A model generated the notes under the pieces. That model was given only the letters and a program-made list of their open reading frames with translations. It searched no databases and had not been told where the DNA came from. A stretch of DNA of 61,917 bases, filler included, from Choristocarpus tenellus KU-1152 (lineage: Eukaryota; Protista; Phaeophyceae), in the NCBI GenBank assembly GCA_964200185.2. It is 7 parts of 7 records of this genome, joined end to end, with 100 filler letters (N's around TTAATTAATTAA, not from the genome) between each part and the next. Parts side by side here need not be neighbours in the genome. Positions count along the whole stretch, not along the records: positions 20,041 to 35,157 come from CAXNAD020001057.1; positions 35,258 to 37,974 come from CAXNAD020025349.1; positions 38,075 to 46,664 come from CAXNAD020004557.1; 4 more parts are not named here. One strand, given 5' to 3'. This document shows, in pieces, positions 26,992 through 39,000 of the stretch. Positions within the stretch are counted from its first letter, which is position 1, and each line of letters begins with the position of its first letter. Made by a program: the position numbers and the translations under genes.

Positions 26992-27043
26992 ACTAAGTTT
27001 GTGTGCCTTACACGCGTGAGTTCGAATCTCACCGGTGTCGCCA
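26992..27043 (+). pseudogene. 3' half of a tRNA-Ser-like sequence with encoded CCA (tRNA retro-fragment, SINE head or extended PBS)
   Basis: Variable arm GTGT-GCCTT-ACAC, T-stem GTGAG/CTCAC with TTCGAAT loop, acceptor strand CGGTGTC, discriminator G, then CCA at 27041-27043; no D-arm or 5' acceptor strand upstream. Confidence 0.7.
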
Positions 27044-27388
27044 ATATGAATCGTGTGATTATGTGGCGGGGTGGTTCACTCAGAGAAGGGTGGTGAAGAG
27101 AACCACCAGGCAAGGCAGACCAGACGGATGGAAGACCAACCGTAACCGAGAGGACGAGGTAATGGTTGAACAAGTGTAAAAGACTGAAAGGACTTGCAGG
27201 GAAATGTAGGGAACTGAGGAAGTGGGGAGGATCACGGTTCGGATAGGTTTCAAAAAAGAAACCCTTCAGAGATAGGAGATCAGTCTTCTGAAAAACGTAC
27301 TCATAAAGAGACGTTACGGGAAGACACGGAAATCTGTCCCTCCGAATATCGTCCACACAGTTGAACCGAAGTTCTCAGAAAACCTCAA

Positions 27389-27755
27389 TTATTATTATTA
27401 TGCCCTCTGGCATTTTGCAGATGTGTCAGGGGGAAAACCAATGAATGAAAACTATTCACATGTCAATGTAAACCCTAAAGAAGTCAAATATATCACAAAT
27501 GTGAGAAAAACTAATCTATTTGTTATTTCACTACGACTATCTATGTTGTACCACTTCATTCCTGTGCCTCCAGTCTACCTATTCCTGTACCCCAGGGCGA
27601 GGAGCTAGGAAGGCATCCGAAGAATCCAACAAACCCCTCCGTGCCCATCTCCCTGGTGACTTCAACTTAAAACGCATGACACGTCTATACAGTGTCACTT
27701 GCGTTGTTAGAAACTATTTGGCGCAGGCGGGATTTGACCGCTCCTTTCCTACCAC
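27389..27755 (-). mobile_element. RLE non-LTR retrotransposon 3' end copy 3
   Basis: Homologous to 25095-25440; has the stem-loop and (TAA)n tail (attattattatgccctctggcattttgcagatgtgtcagggg on +). Confidence 0.75.
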
Positions 27756-28669
27756 CTCAATCGTTAATACGGTATATTTCATACGGCAATAACGGTATAA
27801 CTATAAACCGCCTTTCCACTCCTTTTCCGAAAAAAAACGTTTGTCTTCAAAGGTGGGTTTCTCAACCATTTCAAAATGACTCAATATTTTGAAGATATCG
27901 ATGTGCAAGTGGAAGTTAGTGAGTATCGAACGATATTATTTGTAGTTTCTGAACCTCATATTTGAAAATGTATTCACAAACAATTCACAATGCAAACTTA
28001 TGGCAGAGAGAGAGAGTATAGTAGTATTAGTTGATAGTTTTATATTATATTCTAGTATTTTTGACACCAGTAGAAATTCAGAATAGAACACAAATAAACC
28101 TTTGTATGTTTGGTGTTCGGAATAATGGGATAATTTGTGACATCGAGATGTATTTTGACACTCATTCGTCAGGGGTCAAATTTGTAAATAGTATGAATGT
28201 TAGGGACAGGTTCCATTGTTTGGATCTCTCACTCACACATGTTTGTGGATATCGCACGGAGTCACATGTATTTGCGCCTACCACATCGTTAACCTTTCCC
28301 GTATCGACCAGTCCACAAACCAGACATACCCACAAGATCCGGATTTGACCAAACAATCATAGGAACGATCAGAACGAAGATCCATGCTGATTCTGAAAGA
28401 TCCATTTTTCTGCCTTGGCATTGCTTGTCATTTTGTGAGATCTGTTGTGCATGGAGGTTTCTGTTCTGTTCTAAATTGCTTCAAGGGACGAGAGATGCTG
28501 CCCCAAGACCGGTGAAGCTCGGTCTCACCCAATTCTTTGAATGAGTTCAGACTGGCGATTGCCGTTGTCCCCCTCTCATTCGGATTTGTATAAATTAAAA
28601 CAATTCCACGCATATGTACAGACCCATGTTCTCGCTATGTGTTCTTTATCAGATTAGAACCAAGAAAGT

Positions 28670-28937
28670 CCCAAGATGATTTTCTAAATGCTTTCCTAGT
28701 TCCTCGCCCTGTGGCGTAGGGCTAAGCTATGCTGGAGGCATATCAGCAGTGTACACATCACATTGTAATTATGAGCGGGAGTGGTGTAGTATGGCTGGTA
28801 GTCAAATAGTAAATAGATTTTTGAGAGATATCTTTCACATTTACGACAACTGTTACTTCTACGATGGTCCTTATGATATTGAATTGACTTTTTCCCTGAC
28901 TGACATATATGCAAAATATCAGAGGGCATAGTAATAT
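28670..28937 (+). mobile_element. RLE non-LTR retrotransposon 3' UTR fragment copy 4
   Basis: Homologous to 26610-26840 and ends in ccctgactgaca...tatcagagggcatagtaat; shorter tail-only copies at ~30400-30475 (-) and ~43475-43520 (+). Confidence 0.6.
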
Positions 28938-29014
28938 ATTTGAAAGAGTACAATCTATCATTATGTAGTATAACTTAACCTTCAACTTGTACATGTGCAT
29001 ATTTTTCATGGTTG

Positions 29015-29272
29015 GAGTGAAAGTATCTTAGAGGGTACGAGTTTTGCCCTCTTTGTCCATTTGGGACTTGGCTTCTCATGGATTTAGTTATGGTATTTCC
29101 TACTCCAAAATATTTTGGAGTTGGTAAAATGTACAAGTTATGAAAATGTGTGTCCACAACAAGGATACTGACACTTCCTAACAAACACGATGCCCAAAAT
29201 TACATCAAAATCCCGACATTGGATTCTGGCCACCAAATGGACGCGGCCCTACCCTCTAAGATACTTTGGCTC
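29015..29272 (-). mobile_element. MITE family A copy 6
   Basis: Both TIRs present; flanks GTTG/GATG. Confidence 0.9.
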
Positions 29273-29278
29273 GATGGG

Positions 29279-29920
29279 CTAGTACAACACTTAGTCCACA
29301 TGGTCCGGGTATAGCAGAAAAAGGTTAGACCTACCAACGACCATTGTTCGGGAAAGCAAGAAAAAGTTAGACTGACTGGCGGGAGGACACGGACCGGTAC
29401 AATTTCCCAGTGGACGTGGTCCGGACATGTTAGGAAATGATGCTGGAGTCGGTCTGGAGAGTGGACATGAACCGGAACAAGATCTAATCGATGTGGTCCA
29501 GAGAATGTTTGACCCAGTCTGGCTGGCAGGCATGACCCGGTTCAACTCATAGTGGACATGGACTGGGACGCTAAGTAATTGTAAGACCAGTTCGGCCAGC
29601 TGTCGGGACCATTTTAACTTTGCTAACCCAATGAAAAGTCCTGAAAATAACCAGGGCTTTTCACTGGGTTAGGCAGTTAGCATGTCCACAATCGGCAATA
29701 TGGCTGCACCCTGGCTCGCAGCCTCGCCATGTTGAAACGGTCTATGGCCACTACTCTGTCATGTTCCAACTTGGTTTAAATGGCCAGGCGGTTGTTCCGG
29801 TCATTTTGAAACAGTTGATGGCCACGACTCAGTCATGTTCGAACTTGGTTGTAAATGACTAGCCACCAGCCTCGGTCATGTTGAGTGTGACGGCCATGGA
29901 CTTGGCCACGTTAAAACATA
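29279..29920. repeat. GC-richer dispersed repeat with GGACCGG/GACATG motifs and a ~74-bp tandem unit
   Basis: The start CTAGTACAACAxTTAGTCCAC...AAAAAGGTTAG recurs at 30291; unit gtcatgttgaaac..tggccac..gtcatgttcxaacttggtt occurs ~2.5 times at 29725-29910. Confidence 0.55.
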
Positions 29921-32700
29921 TTTTATATGGGTAGTCAGGACAATTTTTTTCACACTCCGCCCACCCACGTCATGGCCATGCCTATTTACTGCTCACATTC
30001 ACTCCACTTACACCTTGTATCCTATACTACCACTGTTACTCTAACTACTAATCTAATACAAATATACGTTGTTTCTATTTTATATTTCTAGAGAGTATTA
30101 AAAATCCGAAATTGAATATAACATCGTTGTGTGTTGTTTGGAAGACTGAGGTGATTTATGAGTTGAAGGTGTATTTTGACACTCGTTCGTCAAGACCCAA
30201 ATTGTATGTAGTAAATCCGTAAATTGAAAAAAACACGTACTACTACTGGAGTATTATTTAACCTTAATATACACATTATTGACTTTTGGACTAGTACAAC
30301 AGTTAGTCCACCACATGCATGCACATGGTCTGGACATGCCGCAAAAAGGTTAGGTTGGTCGACCATCGGGCGCAGACTGGTAAACCAGTTCCTAGTATTG
30401 TATGTATCATTGTGCCCTCTGACATTTCGCAGATGTGTCACAGAAAAAGCTAATTCAATATCCCATGTCAGAGAATATTTGGCCTTGGCAGTGACGGACA
30501 TGGACCGGTTCATCATCAAGTGGACATGGACCAGGATGTGTAAAATATTTGTGGGTCTGATCTGGCTGAAGGACACGACCATTCCAATTTGCCAACAATG
30601 TGAAAAGTCCGGATTATTATTCGTTGATGTGGAATTTAGTCAGGTTTGAAAATCTATCAGTATTTTGAAGATTCAATAACAGCCCGAACATGAATCGCAG
30701 ATTCTCGTACTCTTCAGGTCAACCACTTTTTTTTTTATAGTTACGGTTTTCCAACGTCTTGGCACCGTTCAACCACATCGAGATAACTAGAAGTGAATTC
30801 CATTCACACCCTCCACAAGTAGTTCTCACTTACCTCTGACCCAATTTTTCTTACTTTATTTATCTCATTAACCATCAGTAGTGGAAGTTTAGAAGGCGTT
30901 GACAATACAAGGTGGGTTTTTTCCTTAGGTTAACTAAAAAAGTGCTAAATTTTGCTTCGTTATGTAACGTAAACTTGAAAACGGACAATGAATAGCTTTC
31001 AAGAGAGTAGGCGGGTGGAGGAGTTGAGAAATCATTAGTTTTACGGTTTCGAATCAGGTAAGTACATCGACATCTACATGGATGAAGGACTGCATCTACC
31101 TATAGTATCTGCACCTAGAAAAATTGATAAGAATAATGCAGTCTAATTAATGTCTGGGATACTATTCCCAAGCTGTGGTTAGATAATGTGATCAGGTGAA
31201 GGTAAATCGCATTCCCAAGGTACTAAATCGATCGTTCCGTAGGTTTTGCTTCGATATTTGTGGCACCATTAAAAGAACTGCTCTTGGCATGATTCTTATA
31301 TTATTTCTGTTAACAGATGACAAAATAGGAAGTGTTACATGAAATACAATTACGTCCCCCTTACACCTGACATCTTCCAGATGATCCAATGAAGGCAGAG
31401 ACCAAGAGACAAAACATAAGAGAAAACCAGTAAGACATAGACAATAAAAAAAAAAACACTCAAATACTTTGACTTGCGGAAGCCGTACTTCTCTCTGTCT
31501 GAAGCCACTACCCTGCAATCGTAATTCAAACCGCAGACAAACACTACAACTAGGATTTCCACACTAATCACTTGAACGATGCATACGGAAGTCTAATACA
31601 TCAGACACGACCAATGGTCACCCCTTCTTCAACACGAAAAGATCATACTCCACAACCTCCCAGTAGTAGAGCAACCAACCATAACATATAAATTGCCACC
31701 CCCAACCCTGTACAAGGGGAAAATGGGAGACACTATAGGCTCGCATTAGCAGTGGCCACTAGCACAACAAACCCAATAACATCACCACAACAAAATGAAG
31801 GCACAAAAGCACAACAAGGCCACAAACACACTGTCATTGGCGAGATACTCCTTCATATTCTAATTATTGTTTCATGCGTGTGTGAGCGTGCGTCCCTGCT
31901 GTGTAGAGTGCTCTTCTCCTTGTCTTTTTCTCACCCCATGTACAGCATAAAGAGGGCCCCCTGGAGGTGACATCTCACCTCTCCTCCTTGCCCACGAAAC
32001 AGACTCCTTAAAGATGCAGATGTCCCCACACACAAAATGCGATAATGTATGGAAACAATAGCATAGCCTCGGCAGTGTAAGAAATCCAATAATGCTAACC
32101 CAAGAAAATACAGATCTAAGTAACAGAGAGCTAGGTATGGAGCAACCAAATGTAGGCAACAAAAGATGACCCACATGAACACAAGATTCTACCCCAGAAG
32201 ATCGGCCCCAGATGATCAGCCCCAACGCATTCAACAGGGCAACTGCCCTCAAGAGCCCGACCAAAGTACGTGAAACTCTCCCACATCCAGTTTACAGTGA
32301 TATACAACATAGGCTGGCCTGCTTAACCAAGTCATCAAGTAAATAAGACATAAAAACACACACAAAGATATGTAACTCAGAAAAGATGCAAATTCCAACC
32401 GCTGAGAGTAGATACTTAACTTTTATCTAGACTTAGACTTGGAACACCTCATAATACGCAAAACAACTGAATCAATCCCCCCCACCCGTAACCCACCCTC
32501 CACAACAGTACACCCCCCCGAGGGTCACTTCAACTAGACCCGAGCGGGGAGAAAGAGAAACAAGCTACTAGTACAGCTTGTCAAACTTCATCCTAACCCT
32601 AAAGCAAATTCCAGTTGATAAATATACACCTGGAAAATGCATCAAACTCCATTCCAAACAATAAGAAGACATAATTATCAGTAAGGAGGGACTTCCATGG

Positions 32701-34436
32701 TCATTGCAAGTAAAGCTTGTAGCCTTTTTCGTATCCAAGATAAGACAAGCTCGTTTCACAGTATGGCATGATGATGTCCTCATACCATGCCCCCAGCTCG
32801 TCTTTCCACGCATTCAGGGAGTGCACAAGAGGATTGTCCCAATTAACTTCTCCTTCCTGAAACGTTTTTTTTTTACAGGAGCAGTAATTAAGCGCACACA
32901 TTGAAAAGGTACAAAAAGGAGTTAGGGTTAGGGTTAGGGTTTAGTAGGAGGTAGCAAAAAAAAGCAACAACACAGTTCTGTTAGGGTTAGGATGGTAAGT
33001 TGAAGGATAAACTAGGAAGTTCCTCCTACGTGGAAATATCTAGCCTGGGACAAGCATCACAAATAATGTTATCAAAATTATATCAAGAGTCATTTTCACC
33101 ACAAATACTATATCAACATATATATACATCAAAAGCCACAGGCTAATCTGGACAGAGAGGGCAGACAGACGAAATATGCGAGAAATTGCGATCAGGTTCA
33201 GGCAGAAAGTTTACCAATAAGGCCATCAGTGAAATAAACCAATAAGGTGATAATTACCAATAAGGTGATCATTGAAATAAACCAATAAGGCCATGAGTGA
33301 AATTACCAAAGCAATTGCAGCCAGTGAGAAAGGTAGTAAAGCATTTTTCTATCACATTAACGAAGTTATTGCTTACCTAACACCAGCTTTTGCCAAAGCG
33401 AATAGAACCCCAGACAAAACTAATGGTGAAAATTATTACACTCTAGCTGGAATGTCAGAGGCGGATAAACTATGGCACCAGAGGGGAAAATACCTAGCTT
33501 CAGGGCAGGTCCACTGAACTGACCCTTTTTAGAACCAAAGATTGAATATGGTTAATGAAATGACTCGAAGAACTCTCCTCTTCTCTCGAAAAAAAAAAAA
33601 ATCTGTACTGAGTAAAAGTTAATGACCTCATCAAGTTAATAAATTACAAAACTATTTCCAGGCCTGTTCCTCCTCACCCCTTTCACCAACTCAAGGTATG
33701 AATGCAGGCAATCAGGTCCAAGAGAGCTAAAACAAAACCACAACCCGAACCCTAACTCTACCTGGAACCCCCCCCCCGACACCATGAGGAGAGTGGGTGT
33801 AACCCTAACCCTAACCCAATTCTCCTACAAACAAAGTTAACCCCATCAACACATTGCAAACAACAGCCACATTCCCAAAAACATAAAACACACCATAGCC
33901 AACCCTAACCCCCAACCAGAGATTCGAAGTCCCCTAGCTCGCGAACAATCTTCTCCTGTATCATTCTACAGTTACAAAAACATGTACACAAAAAACGATG
34001 CACTACTACATACAATAGAGAGTCAATACACTACAAAATCTACAAAGAAAAAATGTATATATATATATACATGTACACATTTACACTGCACCTGTTAGGT
34101 TAACCCTAACCCTAACGTATGCACCTGAATGTATATATACTTGGAATCACTGACTGCCGCTAAAAAAAAAATGTTGAAGGCAATAAAAGTACAAAAGGAC
34201 ACAGAGCCCTCTTGCTACCAATGCAAAACACGACAGCATCAGATCCGCTTCACCTGATTTCTTGTTCCTAACCCATCCACCCATGCCATCACGTTGGGGT
34301 GCACTGCCTCCAAGCCAATCCACTCATACAACCTCTTTGCCAATGCCGATAGGTCCACTACAGCGTCTTCAAACTTCACCAATGCAATGTCTTCGATGCC
34401 TCGGCTGGCCCCAGCCCTCACCAGACCCTCCATACC
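32701..34436 (-). CDS. Carbohydrate sulfotransferase (PAPS-dependent, CHST/Sulfotransfer family), C-terminal exons
   Basis: Exon ~34254-34436 (LVKFEDAVVDLSALAKRLYEWIGL = VRYEDLVxDP..LYxFLGL motif) joins in phase 0 to 32701-32856 (AWKDEL...IIMPYCETSLSYLGY..stop = W+xxL...IxxxCxxxMxxLGY). The 5' part lies beyond the contig end. Confidence 0.78.
33211..33312. repeat. Short tandem repeat with ACCAATAAGG core
   Basis: Core at 33213, 33238, 33256, 33281 plus a degenerate copy at 33305. Confidence 0.8.
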
Positions 34437-35299
34437 CTTTTGCATTTCCCCACCACCACCACCCACCCCACCACCCCCCCAATAAAACGCAACATAAAGC
34501 AGTACAAAGAGCCACGAAATGGACTAAGGTAAGCTGGAGAAGAAGGGGATTTTGTTGAGTGAAGGGTGACACATTCCCAGGATAAGATCAATTCTCACCA
34601 TGTTGTTGAAACTGATCACACAGTCCTTCAACAGAACTCTCACCAAGGGTTAAGGAAATGTTAAACGAATCAAGCATGTACTATTAGTTACTGCTGAAAC
34701 ATACGACCAAAAATCTAACCTGTACTTTGTCAAACATCATCACCTCACACAAGTGCACGAATCACTCCCTCAAGGCACCAAGTCAAATGTCAAACGCAAC
34801 TCTGGAGCGGTCCAATCAGATTTCTTTACCAGAAAAATCGAAAGATTGTAGGCCTGAGATTGGTTACAACTTCAAAATAAAAAAATATTAAGTATGTAGG
34901 GAAAAAAGGGAAAAAAGGGATGTGACATTATATGGTACAGCCCTCCCACACCTGGCGATATTTACAACATCAAAATAGGTAAGTCAAACTCAACACTTTT
35001 ATCCAACTGCCAGCAAGTCATCAAACACACTCATGAATGTACCCTAACCTTAAAATCAACAAAGCAATCAGCAACACTCCAATGCCCCCCCCCCCCCCCC
35101 CCCCCCCCCACCCCCCCCCCACCCCCCACCCCACCCCAAACACGCAACCACACACCCNNNNNNNNNNNNNNNNNNNNNNNNNNNNNNNNNNNNNNNNNNN
35201 NTTAATTAATTAANNNNNNNNNNNNNNNNNNNNNNNNNNNNNNNNNNNNNNNNNNNNGAGCAGGGAAGTGGGGGATCGGTGCTGGTGTTAAGGCAAGGG

Positions 35300-35481
35300 T
35301 GGGTGGGGGGGGGGGGGGGGGGGGGGGGTGGTGCGGCTGTCCATTTGGGGCCAATGTTTTCCATGTCGCGATTTTTGGGTGATTTGGTTGCATATGTCGG
35401 ATGGATAACGTAAATGCACTTTTCTTAATTTTTCCCCAAATGGACACCCTGGTTTAGCCCCCCCCCCAGGTACTTCGGATC
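35300..35481 (-). mobile_element. MITE family B copy (one TIR degraded/expanded to poly-G)
   Basis: Internal sequence matches 22706-22887. Confidence 0.8.
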
Positions 35482-35868
35482 GAAAAGAGAATATCTTTTG
35501 GCTTGTCATGTGCACACCACCAACTTCCTCCTCTTGCGTGCACGTAATTGCACGATCATCCAGCTTCAAAATGATAGTGGCAGAGGGGAGGCTAGTGTCT
35601 GGCTTAGGGTTAATAAATAGTGAGTGATCTTTTCATTATCCATCCGATCTATCCAAGAACCTTAACTGTCTGTAGATGCAATGGCTCCGCAGATTCATGG
35701 TAAGTACAATGATAACCTACAAGTTGAACTTGATCAAATTGAGAGCGCTCATAAAACGTTTATCACCAACAACGAAACGCATGGTTCATCTAAAAATATT
35801 ATATTTTAACATGTTTACCCCATCTTGAGAAATTGTTTTATTTTTAGACTTAACATCATTCATGTACA

Positions 35869-36048
35869 GGCTCAAAGTATCATGGGGGGCTGGCGGCTGT
35901 CCATTTGGGGTTCATTTTTCCATGTCGCGATTTTGTGTGATTTGGTTGCATGTGTCGGATGGATAATGTAAGTGCACTTTTCTTGATCAGGGCCCGACTG
36001 AACACCCTGGTATAGACCCCCCCCCACACACACACATACGATTTGCCC
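35869..36048 (-). mobile_element. MITE family B copy
   Basis: Starts GGCTCAAAGTATC; interior matches other B copies. Isolated B TIR ends also occur at contig starts 38075-38088 and 53220-53252. Confidence 0.8.
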
Positions 36049-39000
36049 GCAGTATCACTCACACTGTCAAAAATGAGATATGTAGAGCCCGAACAGCCTT
36101 TGCTTTTAGATCTACCAAATCACATACAAATTGACCTGCTAGTAATGTACAAGCATGCACTCAGTAGTAAAGACTATTTGTCCACAAGTGTGAGGAATGA
36201 CAACAAACGTTTCACAGTATTCCAAAGTGATCTGTATTCAACACTAGTTGATATGAAGTAAAATAGATTGAAGCTGAAGAGGAAGGGAATCCAGCAATCA
36301 GTTCCAGCATCCAGAGTACGCAAAGTGGCACATAGGTCATGGGATCGAGAAGGGGGAAAACAATGCAGGAAAATCACTCAGGTTTGGAGGGGGGTTCGGG
36401 GGAAATAGGAGGACGGTAAGGGGGAAAACATTGCACCTCAAGGGTGTTGAAGTGTTCTTGAGCATTAGTTCCTGCATTGTGAGGAATATAATCATGTGGG
36501 GAAAAAAGTAAAAGGAGGGTGGGTGGACTCAACTTAGTGAACTGTGTATCTAACTTGTTACCTTTATCACGTGTACCACCCAGTACTGGAGAGTTCATAC
36601 TCATTGGAACTTGTAGTCAGACAACTCGGTACAGGATGGATGAATTCTCATAGGTCGCATTTGACATAGTGGCACCCCTGTAGTTAAGGAGATGGGTAAG
36701 AAAGGGATTATCATTGATTAGCATGAGCAAAAGGTGTAAATACTAGAGAAAGGTTTACAAGGAGGGCACCAGATGCAAAGCTGTGTGTAGGGGCGTGTTT
36801 GACCCCTAACAGAGCTCATAGCCCTTACCTCGATCTTGACCATAGTCCGTGCTATCTCATCACTTCAACGAGACCCCAAGAGAGCATTCGAGATAGTTGA
36901 CATCAAATATAAAATTGTAAGGAGCGAGTTATCCTGTACTACCACTTCTGATTGATCAAGGATATTCATCCACAGAGCTGATTCGTCATCTGCCACCATG
37001 CCACCAGCAATTCACCAGTCCTCAAGGTCAGAAACGTGGTGATCATTAAATCTCTGAGTTGACATTGAGTTTGAAGTGATACCTTCGGGGTTCCCTACAG
37101 TATTTCACACCCTGGACAATAGACATTCAACACCATCTTACGCGATTAACACTAGACTTCAATGCACATATATCAGATGAAATGTCTTATAACCCTCGTG
37201 TCAAAAAAGGCACACAACAACGTGAGTTACATCCCAGAACGATCTTGTTCAAATTGCACATTTCCACAATAAATATCATGTCCCAAAATATTCAAGTTCA
37301 AAAGATACTGCGGACATGTGTTTGTCTGTAGCGCTCAACATGCAATCCCACAGAACTCCTATCAATGTGGTCGCATTATGCCTTGCTTTGACTTGTGATG
37401 ACATGTTGGCTCAAATGTATTGTATCCCATAATATTCAATTCAAAGGACAAAGGATACTACACTGGGGTGCATCTTCTCAAATCAAAACGTTTAATGAGT
37501 TGATTCTTTCCCTTATAGATAATCGTTTTCCGAGATGGAAAAGTCAAACCAATATCACAACAACCCCTTCAAAGTAACAGTTGTATGTTTGTACAGGTTT
37601 CGCAGAGGATGAGTCTTACCAACAAGTAATTGTACCTGTTTTTAACACAGGATTGGTGGTGCCGATACGCGAAATGCAAGAACTAAACAACGATATACAA
37701 AATAATTAACAGGAAAATATTTTTACAAATTGAAGTTATGGCACTCCAACATGACACACTAGAGACGTCATGTCACCTACTACCCTACTGGGACTTCCAT
37801 AACGTGTCAATTTAGAGAGGGATGTGATAACATATATACTGTGATAAGTCAGGGACAGGTCTCGTTTAGGGATGTGCTAATACTGATGAGGATAATGCAC
37901 ACAGTCATACACATTAGTGCGCGCCACCTTTTGCCATTGACGCCAACCTAGGTTATGTGGTGTGTGTAAGACGCNNNNNNNNNNNNNNNNNNNNNNNNNN
38001 NNNNNNNNNNNNNNNNNNTTAATTAATTAANNNNNNNNNNNNNNNNNNNNNNNNNNNNNNNNNNNNNNNNNNNNCAGATACTTTGGGTCTTTTGCAACAA
38101 GCGTACAGTGGCGAAAGGTCGCCGTCATTGCCCTCCTAACCCTAGGTAATTCCGTGTCCTTTTGCGAATGAAGACTCCCACGTAGGTGTTTATGGCAGCA
38201 ACAGTAGCCTCACTCACCACAAAACTTGCTGTTATTAGCTGCCCAAACACCTTGTAAGACAGACTGCTTCCTCATAGTGTACAACGTGCTGTGGGAGGGA
38301 CAGGTCATGTAGCGGTCTTCCGGCCCGGGAAGTACGTGCGTATCTCCCACCATCCCGATAACTTGGTGTTTGTCTTGAACGCAGCAATAAAAAACATATC
38401 CCAATACTAACATCTGTTGATACCCAGACTACATTTTTGCTACTAACTAACCTGGTACATGTTAACAAGCGGCATTTTCTTTAAAGACTCTGAGCAGATT
38501 TATTTGATTAGTTCACGTGATGTTGCTGTCCCCATTCGTCAGATTATCAAAGCAGATCGGCTGGTCATCGCCAACAGCACCAGCAACGCCATGCGGGCCA
38601 AAGCCGACAGCAAACCTCCTACATCTCAACTTGACTGTAGTGTATATTTCATATCCAAGTTCTTCTCAGGACTTCGAGGAAAAATTCTACTTCATTTGCA
38701 TCATTTAAAAAGAATATCAATCATGGACTTGCCGCATGTCTCCCCATAGCTCCTTCAAATTGAATGCACTGTGGCTGTTCCATAATCTGCTTATGCAGCC
38801 TATAGATTATGTCCATGTAAGGACCATCTCCAACCCCAGCACATTGAAAGGTACGTCCACAAAATAAAACTGATTTCAATAATGAGCACAAAAGGTCATG
38901 GTATAATTGTACAGCTGTAGCAATCTAAGAACCCAATGACCACACCTTGTGAATTACACGTTGCACATCTGAGAGTGTCGTTGGCATTAAATTGATGACC

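Noticed and set aside
33211-33312. ACCAATAAGG repeats with short spacers as a CRISPR-like array
   Set aside because: The repeat is only 10 bp, spacers are 8-15 bp and similar to each other, the context is a eukaryotic intron, and there are no cas genes.
36829-37005. Exon-like minus-strand stretch with in-frame TGA (possible selenocysteine or recoding)
   Set aside because: No recognisable protein motif or SECIS; CpG decay or non-coding sequence is more parsimonious, and other genes here use TGA as stop.
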